Below are positions 52,201-63,215 of a stretch of DNA of 64,000 nucleotides, one piece after another. Origin of the DNA: Vitrella brassicaformis CCMP3155 (Eukaryota > Protista > Chromerida); assembly GCA_001179505.1 (NCBI GenBank), contig CDMY01000613.1, forward strand, positions 1 to 64,000. The letters run 5' to 3'. The notes beneath the pieces were generated by a model that worked only from the letters and a program-made list of their open reading frames with translations, did no database searches and was not told where the DNA came from. The translations under genes and the position numbers were made by a program. How positions within the stretch are numbered: the first letter of the stretch is position 1; the number at the start of each line of letters is the position of its first letter.

Positions 52201-53610
52201 ATGGGGGAAAGGCATCAACAGCCTCGTTGAGTGTGTGCACTCTCTCTGTATAGTCACGCGCAGACACTCGGGGAAGGGCGACCGCGGCAAGGGTGTGCAC
52301 GTCGTAGGTGGAAGCGGCTCTCGAGATCGCCTCAGCCGAAGGGATGGCTAGCGCGGGGCCGACATAGTTGTCATCCGCCTTTTGGGTACGCTCTGCCAGG
52401 CGCAATCCGTACTTGAGGTGGTCGCCAGCCGTTCTCTCAGTCAGCAGCAGGTAGGTCGGTCCATTGAAGAGCTGCAGGCCATGACCGCTCTCCATACGTG
52501 CATGCAGGGCTGAGGCCAAGTCGCCATCGTGGAAGTGGATGATGACATCGCGCGAGCGGGAGCCCACTGCAAAGCACGCGAAGCTGCGTGTGTCGAATGG
52601 GGGGAGGGAGGGGGTGGCGTTGGCCAGGAGGCTGCAGATGTACGCCTTGAGGTGGGCGGGGGGAGGGGAGGGTCATTGGGGCGTAGCACGTTCTTGATGC
52701 GAAGCCGCCCTTGAACAGCCTCTTGCTCGATGGCGTCCAGGCGGCTGTCGTGGTGGATGGCGACCGTGGTCATGTTAGCAACTGCTCGGCAGACGCCGCC
52801 CAGCAGCTGCTCGTGCTTGTGCCCGAGATGGTTGACGGTGTCATCGAGGCTGCGCATGGAGTCAGCCGTTGTCTCCTGGACATCGGCCACGGCGTCGGGG
52901 ACGATGTCGGCGGTCGCTCGAATGGCCAAGTCGTAGCTGCACGCTGCAGCCGCCACGCCGACCTTGATGAAGTCGTTGAAGTGTGGAGAAGTGCTCGAAA
53001 CTCCAAGGTGCATCACCAGCTGCTTGATGGCGGTCTCCATTCCCGCCATCTTCTGCCCGTCAGCCGGAAGGTCTGCAGCTATCTGCTTGCCGAGGATGCG
53101 CTGTTAGAGTGCTGCTCGACGAGCTGGTGGATCATCGTGGGAAACAGCCATGGGGGATGGTGCAGCGGGTGAGGGAGCGTCCATTGCGAAGGGGAAGTGA
53201 GAGGGGGTGGGCTCGAAGCTGCGCTATGACGTCACGGCAGATTGGCCGAGTGAGGGGCCTCAGGGGATGATGGTGCGGGTTCAGGACCCACACCGGGTGA
53301 TTTTGCCGAAGGCGGCAGTGGGAAGAGCCCGAGCGGAGCGAGGGCGGCCCGAGTGGCAGTGGGAAGAGCCCGAGCGGAGCGAGGGCGGCCCGAGTAAATG
53401 GCGCACACCTGATGTAGAGAGCGACAATGGCGCACACCTGATGTAGAGAGCGACAATGGCGCACACCTGATGTAGAGTGCGGTGTAGGAATCTCTACGAA
53501 GATATGCGTGAGCCCGTGCCTCCGTTGGCTCCTGACTTGGTTTGCCTTCCGGCGTCTGTTGCGAGCTTGGAGGCAAGGTGTGGCTTAGAGCAATCTCCCG
53601 AAAATGGCAG
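46246..53610 (-). mobile_element. Non-LTR retrotransposon (LINE), assembled as overlapping fragments across two N gaps; ORF1p-like region + RT + CCHC knuckle, no endonuclease recognised
   Basis: RT motifs APGMDGI, HPIHKKG...PGNYRGIHLLPVFMKLY, QAGFR, CFVEFRKAFDS, GVKQGDVLGPLLFSLFVNDL, LLYADDL, YLSVWF; knuckle CPFC...EDESHIFASCPLY; ORF1-like coiled coil SRLDAIEQEAVQGRLRIKNV. The RT call is firm; the boundaries are inferred. Confidence 0.93.
53314..53477. repeat. Tandem monomers in the LINE 5' region: 41 bp x2, then 29 bp x~2.8
   Basis: ggcagtgggaagagcccgagcggagcgagggcggcccgagt at 53314 and 53355; aatggcgcacacctgatgtagagagcgac at 53397, 53426 and 53455 (partial). Confidence 0.92.
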
Positions 53611-53718
53611 GACCTCTCTCTCCTCCTCTCGCCGGACGCACATCCTTTGGCACTGGTATTGTATGATGACTGCCATCAGTAACCCGCCCTGGATCTGCCA
53701 AGGCAAGAGAGTAGGGTG

Positions 53719-54391
53719 ATGGGATTGCGACTATCCGTTGCGGCTGCGGTATGCTTCGTCGGCCTGCCCGCTGCCGTCTGGGGAGATGAGCATGCCGTCG
53801 TTGTCAGCGCCGATGGATCGGCGCCACCCGCGGCCACCGCAGCGACAGATCACGACGCGCCACACAGACGGGTCAATCAGCACAAACACGGGAATATGGA
53901 AAGCCACGCACGGCCTCATTGTCTGTCTGTCGTGCCTGTCTGTGTGCGTCTGTTGGTAACAGATCCGCGGCCAGTTGAGGTCGCCGCCGGCAACTCATGC
54001 AGACCATTCTTCTGGACAGTCAGCAGTTGAGGCTGCCGACTCAGTACACGACCCGTCTCTCCCTCATCAGCGGACTCTGCAGATCTCGAGACGGAGGCGC
54101 AGTCGTCGGAGGCTGGACGACGATGAGGATGAGGATGAGGACGAGGACGACGACGACGACGACGACGAGGAGGACGAGGATGATGATGAGGACAATGGCT
54201 TTGGCGGCGGGTTTGATGACGACGACGATGATGATGTAAGCACACTGGCATGGCATGCAGACAGGCATTCCGGCCGGCAAATCGAACGAACGACCATGCG
54301 TGTGTGTTGCGCTGGCTGGCTGCAGCCGTACGAGGATGACGATCTGGACAGGAGGCACGAAAGGCCAAGGCCAAGACCAAGACTGCCGTGA
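53719..54391 (+). CDS. Small secreted, highly acidic protein (3 exons)
   Basis: Signal MGLRLSVAAAVCFVGLPAAVWG; phase-0 introns; basic RRRRSRRRL followed by ~35 Asp/Glu-dominated residues. Confidence 0.7.
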
Positions 54392-56306
54392 CCCTCTCCA
54401 TTATACACACTAGGGTAGATGGATGGATGTACGTGTACCTTACCGGCAGCAATCACTGCGTACCGACGACACACAACCATACAAATACAGGGAGGGAGGG
54501 ACAGAAAGGCCGGGTGGGTGGGTGTGATGGTGTGAGGGTAGGTAGGTAGGTAGGTAGGTTGGTAGATGCAGGCAGGGCTTTTGTGTGTGCGTGTTGCCTG
54601 GTTGGTTGGTTGGTACGTGTGTGCGTAGGTATTAGACAGACTCCGACTAGGAAGATATGACCCCGGTGCGCAGAGAAGGGTGCGCTGGCGGCTTGTTGTG
54701 TCTTCCTCGTCACCTATTAAAGGGCGGGCGGGAGGGGCGGACGGACGGACGGATGGATGGATGGATGGGCGAGAGGAGGGGAGAGGGGGGATGGGTGGGT
54801 GGGCAGAGAGGTAGGGGTAGGGTACGCGAGTCAGTCAGTCAGCCACTCACTGTTTGTGTGGTTGCTGTTTTCTACGGCCGGCTATCTATCGGGTCGTCTC
54901 TCTTTGTCTTTGCAGACAGAAGGCATTTATGTGTCTGTCGCGAGGCGAGGCACCTACCCTACACACCTAAATGCACACACGATATTCACACACATGTGCG
55001 CACCGCACCTGCCTGCCTGCCTGCCTGTTTTCTGGCTCTTTTGCATGTGAGTCCCTCAGCCAGCCAGGCAGGCAGCCAGGGGTGGAGGGAGGGAGGGAGG
55101 GATTCAGCCAGCGAGGAGTGTACCCGCCCCGCCGGCGATGTATTCCCTCCCTCCCTCATTCACTCATCCACTCATCCACTCCCCACGTATCTATGTGCGG
55201 CTGCCAGCCAGGCAGCTTTGATGATGTGCGTACCTGCGTATCATTTGGGGCCTTTATAGTCCTTCAGTGCTGCAAATGCATCCATTCGTGATATGCCATG
55301 CCATGCGGTCAACACTCACGTGCGGGTGGGATGGGTCAAGCGGGGTATATGACAGGTGGGGGAGTGTGTGGAGTGGAGGGCGTTATTTGCCGTCATTTGA
55401 GCATGCACAGCAGGGACGGACGGACGCCATCCATTTTTCTCTCTGTGCAGTGAGTGAGTGCATGGCCACAAACGAGAGAGCAGGGGGGGACAAGGCAGAC
55501 TGTGAGGGATGATGCGTGTGCTGTCTGTCGATGACACTGTCTGTGGTGACACTTTGGCCTCTTTTGTGTCGTTTTTATCGTGCGTGTACAGTGATCGATC
55601 GATCAGTCGGTGGGGTTGTTCGCCTGCCCGGCCTGCCTCTCCTTCCCCCTCCCCCTCCCCCTCCCCCTTGTATGTGGCTGCAAGAGATCGATCACTTGAG
55701 TGTGCGTCTGTACGTATGTGGTGGTGTGTTGCCCTTTCATCCGGTGGCTTGGTGAGGGAGTCAGTCAGTGTAAGCTTTATAAACAATCCTGGCCTGCCTG
55801 CCTGGTTTGTGTCGTCAGTCTCTGTCTGTCTGTCTGTCTGTCTGTCTTTGTCTGCCTGGGTGCCTGGTGTCTGTCGGTGGTTAAGGCAAGGAGTGCCTGT
55901 GCGGTGCGTGTGGTGCGCTCCAAAGGAACCGATTGCTGCATTCGTGCAGGTGTGCATGCCGTGCCGTGTGCCTGTCTCGTCTGCGTGGGACCGACAAGTT
56001 GAGCAGTGAGTGAGATGTGTCGACTGGCACGGATTTTCACTGCTCACTACAGCCATGCGAACCGATCTGTTGCTATCCGAGCTCATAGAAAGAAACAAAC
56101 CATTCTTTGCCGCGAGCCAAGTGTCTCGTCAAACGCCTGAATCGACCGACCGACCGACCGCTAGAAAACCGCAACAGGGTGGTCATCAACATACATAGGG
56201 CAAGAAGGTATGAAAGCAATGGATGCATCGAAAGATCTCCATCCATGCATGTCGCTTCTTTGTGATCTTGTGGATGTTCGATTGTGTCGATAGATCAGGC
56301 GAGGCG

Positions 56307-58190
56307 ATGGATGGGGATCAGCCGACGGCCCGCCAGCCTCAAGGCTACGTGCATCTGGCCGACAACACCAAGGCAGACAGCAGAGCACTGGCCGACGCAC
56401 CAGCGGCGGCAGAAAAAGCCTCAACATGGCCGCAGTACACCAAGACGCTCTCCGTACTGGCTGTTGCCTTGCTCAGCATGCTGTTCGGCGCCCTGATGCT
56501 GTTCTCCTGCTCCATGGCCTACTTCCGCGGCCGGTCAGCCGGGCCCATGTACCTCTCTGGCGACTACGACGTGTGCTATTACCCGGACTACAGCAAGAAG
56601 ACGCTCAAGACGGCATACGAGGAGACGGTCTTTGCGCTGCTGAGCGACACGAGGGAGGAGAAGAAGTTTGAGGCGTCTGAGGTGATCTATGTGAACGAGA
56701 CCTTCTGGGTGGTGTGCGACAACAGCTGGGCTCTGGGCCGCTTCGACCGCACACTCAGGCCCTTCTCGCCAGACAACCGGCAGATTGGAGACCCCAAGAA
56801 TGAGGCCAAGGGGGGCGACTCGCAGTGGGAGGCACTCGTCTATGACAGACAGGTGCAGTGCGTGACATCAGCGAGGCGAGGCACGCACGCGGGCACATGG
56901 ATGGCCACACATGAATGACTGCATGCTTGTCTGTGTGGGTGTGCGTGTATGTGTGGTCTGCTGTGCTGCAGCGTCACCTCTTTCTGGCCGTGCAGGAGGC
57001 CGTCCCTCTCTCAGAACTGCGGAAGGAGAGAAAGGGGCACAAAGCTCTCAAGGGCAGCGAGCCTGAGAGCGGCTTCCGAGGGGTGGTGCAGGAGCTGCGG
57101 CTCAAGGGCCATGGCGGCAAGGAGGGATACGTCATCGATCGCGAGTGTGAAATGGACTTCACTTTCGAGGTGCGAAGAAGAAAATCATTCAGCATGGACA
57201 GTCTACGCGTGTGTAAGGATGGATGGATGGAATGATGGATGGATGTGTGTGTCATTGCAATCTGTGTGTCCCCCTGTGCAGCATGGGAATAAGGGGTTTG
57301 AGGGTGCCGTTGGCCTGCGTGACACCAAGGGGGAGCTCTACCTTCTTGGTCTGTGCGAGGGCAACTTCTGCAAAGGCGGCAAAGAGGGCAAAAGGCCAGG
57401 TACGGTGCGTGCGTGCATGGCATGGCGAGCAGACACACGTGCGGGGTGGGGTCCTCAGTTGCATGTCTGTCATGTGCCTCGTGTCTGTCTGTCGTTCGTT
57501 CAGGCAACGGCCGGATGATCCTGTTGAGAAGAGACGACACAGACGGCCGATGCCAGTGGAAGTCCATGCGGGTACCGTCCGAGCAGCACGCTGCTTGCCT
57601 GCCGTATGGATCGATGGCGTGCCATATATGTTCGTGTTATGTATCCCTTTCAGACGATCCCTCTGCCTGAAGAAATCAGCTTCATAGACTACTCGGCAGC
57701 AGCCATCAGAGGCTCCAGGATCGCCATCACATCTCAGGCAGGGGCGGCACACAAGAGATAGATGAGTACCTGCTATGCTCTGCTCTGCTCTGTTCTGCTC
57801 GCCTCCGATATATGTGTGTGGATGTGTGTGTGCAGGAGTCGTCTGCTGTGTGGATTGGCGAGATGAAGGTCAACAAGGACGGCTCGATTGACCCAAGTAG
57901 CTTCGACATCCTGCCAAAGGGGCAGATATACAACTTCCCACGGTGAGCATACCATCCTGTCTGTGTATGTCCGGAGGACCCTCTGGAGATTAGATTAAGT
58001 GCTCTGTTGATGTGATGTGTGTCTGAGCAGTGACGATGAGTGTCGAGTAGAGTACTGCAACATTGAAGGGGTGGACTTCATCAACGACCGGCTGCTGGTT
58101 GCTGTGTCGGACAAGATGAAGAGCAGGGGCAGGCAGGACTTCAGATGCCTCCAGAAAGACCAGAGCCTGCATGTCTTCGCCATCCCATGA
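56307..58190 (+). CDS. Type II membrane beta-propeller-like protein of unknown function
   Basis: N-terminal TM; repeated blade-like motifs KFEASEV, QWEALVYD, KGFEGAV, LCEGNFCKGG, FIDYSAAAI...RIAITSQ, YCNIEGVDFI...VAVSDK, KDQSLHVFAIP*. Confidence 0.7.
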
Positions 58191-58461
58191 GACAGACAGA
58201 CAGACAGATTCGTGTGTGTGTTTTATTAGTTAGGCAATGGCTGGATCTACCCCTCTCTCCTGTGTGTGTGTGTGTGTGTGGATGCGTGTGGACCGGCGGA
58301 CAGAGGAAGACTCGTCCTTCCTCATGCATGTCCCCATTTATTTATGTCCACTCGACCGACCGGAGAAGAAGAGAAAAATGACACACACACACACACACAC
58401 ACACATGCACAGATTCCCCCTCCCCCCAAGATGCCACTTAGTAAGTCAGTCGAGAAGTCTC

Positions 58462-61400
58462 TCACTGTCTGGTCACGTACTCATCCATATCTCTCAGGGC
58501 GGCCGCCTTGGCCCGCACCACATCAGCCCTCTCCCTCGATGACGATCGATAAGGCACCACTGCACGACATCCCTCAGACCCCACCCTGTCGCCCCTCCTC
58601 CGCACACCCACAAGCGACCCATGGCCGCGGCCGTAGATCTTGCATGCAGCATCAAAGGATTTCCTCCCCACGTGGTGTCTGTCCTCGGTGTCGGGTCGCC
58701 ATGCAGGTCCATCACGCAGCGGCCCTGGATCAACCCACCTCTCGCGGGCTGACGGCTGACGAGCCGTCAGGGGCGGCTTCTGTGTGAGGGGCGGAGATAA
58801 GATCGCCAGCGCAGACACAGGCCGTACGCGGTGGGTGGCCGGTTCGCTGTCGTGTCTCCTCTTCACTGTTGCCGTCGAGGGCCTGGCAGCAGCAGCAGGT
58901 GAGGTCAATGGCCTGGCTGACGGCCGCGGAGAGGGGGAGGCACTGGCGGGCCGTGCACGCGCCTTGAGGGTGGTGGGAATTGCGGACGCAGGGCGGGATC
59001 GGACTGGTGGGGAGGACCGTCTCCGTCTTTGAGTCATCGGATCGGCGGATTGCGGCCGGCTGGGCGTTTTGTCGCCCTTTCCCTTGGTGCTGCCACTGGT
59101 GCTGAGCCAGTAGATGGGCGTGGAGGAGGGGCGTAAAGAGGGCCGCCAGACGGGCAGCGGCATGGTTGGGGGAAGTGGCAGCGGCATGGGTATGGGTAGA
59201 GAAGATGACGGACGCTCTGCGGCCGACCGCATAGTGAATGTCTCGGGGTGCTCCAAAGACAGCAGCCATTCTTCGTCGCTGATGGTGGTCTCCTCATCCA
59301 TGTCTTCCTTGGCGGCCGACGCGGTGTCCTCGATCATCATCACGCCGGCCCTCCGCCCATCCACCACAGGCGGGGCGGAGGGCGGCCGTATCCTCCTGCC
59401 CTTTTCCTTCTTTTCGTGTCTTTTGTCTTCTCCCACCAATCGCGTCACGATGGCAGCCGAGACATCCTCCCAGGGCTTCGACACGTCCACACAGGGCAGC
59501 AAGGGGAAGTTGGGCGGGTATTCGACAATCGCTCCCTCGGTCTCGCCTGCTCCTCTGCGAACAACATCCATAGCCGACGATGGCCGGCGAGACCTCTCGT
59601 GTGCGTATTGCGGTGGTGGGCTGATGCGCAGTCTGTGCAGGTCGATGTCTCGGTCGAGCAAAGGCGGCTTCTGCCCTTGTGTGTGGTCTGTGTAGGCCCT
59701 CTGGAGCGCCCTCCATCGGTGCTCGGGGGGGCCGATGTCGAGTGCAGAGCGGAGAGACATCCGCAGGATGGTCACCTGTTAGTTAGGCGGAAGCAGGAAG
59801 AAATTGACAACTTCTGTATCTGCGTGTCCTTCATTGCTCACTCACCTTTTCTGCGATTTGTTGTCTGGTGGCTCTGAGCTGCTGGATGTGCCTGAGCTGA
59901 GCTGCGATGCGGCCGTACTTGGCTTCTTTGCGCTCGAGACGCAGTCGCTGAAACAAACACTCACAATGAGACAGACAGACGGTAGGGCGTCTTCCTCATG
60001 GCAGGTCGCTCACGTCGTCGTAATCGCGGGCTCGCTTCTTCCTCGCGATCTCTTGGGCACGCTCTGAATGTGGAGAAAATTGAATACACGCCGGATGAGT
60101 GGATCCGTGGATAGGTCATTGTTTGCATACCAAACATGCGCAGCCTGTTCCCCTCTGCCCGTATCTCGTGATTGATGCGAGCCAACCGCTCTGTGGGTGG
60201 GGGAAAACACAGTAAGCACACAGTAGCAAAGCGGTCTGCCGAGGTGACAGCGAGAGTGTGTGTGGGTGACCTCTTTCGAATACAAGGTCTCTCTCGCGCA
60301 GCTGGCGGCCCATCAACGCACCTGCACAAGGCATACCATACCGAACACAGTACTTCGGTCGCACCGACCTGTGTTTCTGTTCTGTGTGTGTCTTATCGTT
60401 TGCTTTACGTCTCTGTTTGAGGGATTCCTCTCGGGCGCTTGCCACGGCTGAGGACGCACATACAGACAGACAGTCCACATGAGGGCCCGCCTATTCATTG
60501 GTCGAGTGTCTGTCTCTACCGTCGTCTTTCAATTGCTGTCTCGCCGCACGGTCCTCGCGCATCTGCTGGACACCAGCCTCCCTGAGAAAGCAGGCAAGTC
60601 CGCTCAACAGATGTGTTTTTAGACAGGTGTAGTGTAGCTCCTGACCTCTCAGCCATCTTCCGCGCGAACTTCGCGTCATCCAGGTCCAATCTGTATATAT
60701 ACGCACGCAAGGCATAACAGAGACACGCAGTACAGCACCGGTGCACCGAACATGGCTATTCTCCGCCCGCCGTGGATAGGTACATGTATCCTCCCACCGT
60801 TCCTGTATCATCATCTTTTTCTGTTCCTCTTGTGTGATGGCCTTTTGCATGTAAGCCGCGCGCCTTTTCGCGAGCTGCTCGGCCCGACGCCTGTACACAG
60901 AGGGAGGGCATGACAAGCAACAAATCGACACACACACTTGTTGTATCGTATTGTGTAGCTAGCTTACTGTCTCGCTGCGCGCCTCTCTGCCATCTGCAGC
61001 TTGTGCCGCTCAAGGCTGGGTAGCAGAACACAGAAGGAGGACAATACCAGCCACCGATACCTACCGCAAGATGGGTGGCTTACGTGGCCATTTCCTTGGC
61101 GTGGAGCTTCTTGGCCAATTGCCGGTACTCTTCTGCCAGGGCCCGCTCACGCTGCTCCTGAATAAAGCAAATGTGACCATCAACCGACGCCCCTTTGTTT
61201 GCTGTTTACCCGTCTCCTCTGTCTCTCGAGCGCCGCCTCCAGCAAGTAATCGGCACGCCGCCCAGGAGACACCGAAACCAGTGCCGTCATATCGCCGCCA
61301 TAACTAATCAACAATGACACCTCGTTCGTTCGTCTGTCTGTCTGTCTGTTTATCTGTCTGTCAGTCTGTCCGTCTGTCCATCTAGTTATCGTCACCCACC

Positions 61401-62810
61401 GTGGAGCTGTTTCCCGCTCTGCAGACACGGGCGATGTCAGTGCAAAGATGTTCCCCTCACCAGCGAAACCATCTCGCTCATCCCGTCTGGGCGACCCTGA
61501 TGCCGACGCCGCCGAGGCAGACGAGCCGCCCAAGGACGACCGGCGCGGGCTGACGTCGTCGCCTGGCGCATGATAGGGGAGGGAGAAGGGTGAGGAGGGC
61601 GGGATGGGCGAGGGTGGGCAGGAAAGGGAGAGGGTCTCAGCCAGGGGATGATGTATCTGCAACAGCCGGGCGGCCCGCAGTCGGTCAGCAGTCTAGACAA
61701 GAAAGGGAGATTGACATAAATGACATTGGGCAATTAACTGTGCGTGATGTTCTTTCTCATGCCTACACTTCGGGCGGCGAGTCTCTCTTGTGCCCTCGAC
61801 TCCAATCTACACACCACAGCATCCACGGATTGCAATGAGTGGACGCACACAGACTTCTCCTCACACCTCTCCCTCTTCTCGGCATATCTTGTCTCGGTCA
61901 TCCGTCTGTGTCGATATCGACCGTCGCTCATCTCGTACCGCTTCTCCACTTCATCCGCCACCCTCCGCCTCACGCGTGTCTCCCGACGCTGCATCGCAGC
62001 CACGGCTGCGAACTGGTGGACGTCACGCTCCAGTGGCGGCTGCAGAGACTTCTCAATCGAGCGCCGACAGCTGCACATGAACGAAATGCCAGGCCGCTTT
62101 GTGTATGTGTGTATGTGTGTGTGTGTGTGTGTACCCACCGCTTCTGTGCCTCCTGTCTGTCTTTGTCGCGCTCCTCCTTCCTTATCTCCTTTTCGTATTC
62201 CTGGAGGCTCGTCCACTGCGACAGTTTCTGCTCCTTGCGCATCTGCATGTCCCTCTCCTGCTGCTCAGCAGCAGCCGCAACCCTCTCAACCTTCTTGCGA
62301 CCGATGGCGTGGAGCAGCTCTGAACCAACAGCAGCACACTGCAAGTCTTAGACGGCGGTGTAATACTATGTGACTGACTGACGTCCCTGTCGCTCTTACC
62401 CTTTCGTCTCCTCTCCCTGTGCTCATACCGCATCCTCGTCACTTCCGCCGCACATTCGGTCGGCACAGGCCGCAGCGGCACACATCCCCTCGGCAGACCC
62501 AGCGTGGCGACCGGCGGATGACACCGCCTCGCCAGGGTGGCATCAATCAGCGACTGGAGCCGTCTCTCGCCCCTCTCCCTCTCTCGCCGGGAAGGCCCAG
62601 GCCCCGTGGACGGTTCCGGTGAGTAGAGGAGGGAGATAGGCGGCCGGTGGGCCAGCTCTTCAGGTTTGATGCCCAATATGTTGCGGCTCTCCTTGGAGCG
62701 GCTTGTGAGGTCTTGGGTGCGCTCAGTCTCGGGCATCTCGAGGACCGCCTCGATGGGGATCAGGGAGCGTCGACGACGCATCTCTCCTTACTCTCCCATC
62801 AGTCTTCTTA
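58462..62810 (-). CDS. Large multi-exon coiled-coil protein with Pro/Ser/Arg-rich tail; 5' end hidden in N gap 62816-63115
   Basis: Phase-consistent E/K/R-rich exons (LGIKPEELAHRP...RMRYEHRERRRK; EQRERALAEEYRQLAKK; ERAQEIARKKRARDYDD) lead into the 437-aa last exon. Confidence 0.65.
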
Positions 62811-63215
62811 CGTCTNNNNNNNNNNNNNNNNNNNNNNNNNNNNNNNNNNNNNNNNNNNNNNNNNNNNNNNNNNNNNNNNNNNNNNNNNNNNNNNNNNNNN
62901 NNNNNNNNNNNNNNNNNNNNNNNNNNNNNNNNNNNNNNNNNNNNNNNNNNNNNNNNNNNNNNNNNNNNNNNNNNNNNNNNNNNNNNNNNNNNNNNNNNNN
63001 NNNNNNNNNNNNNNNNNNNNNNNNNNNNNNNNNNNNNNNNNNNNNNNNNNNNNNNNNNNNNNNNNNNNNNNNNNNNNNNNNNNNNNNNNNNNNNNNNNNN
63101 NNNNNNNNNNNNNNNGGGTAGGGGGGTACACCTAAGCGTGCGAATGAATCAGCCCCACTGCATGTTCCCGATCGCGCTCAGGAATTGCGCGCTCCATTTT
63201 GTGACTCAGATCTCC

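Noticed and set aside
53314-53477. CRISPR-like direct repeats
   Set aside because: Head-to-tail tandem units with no unique spacers, no cas genes, and a eukaryotic context.
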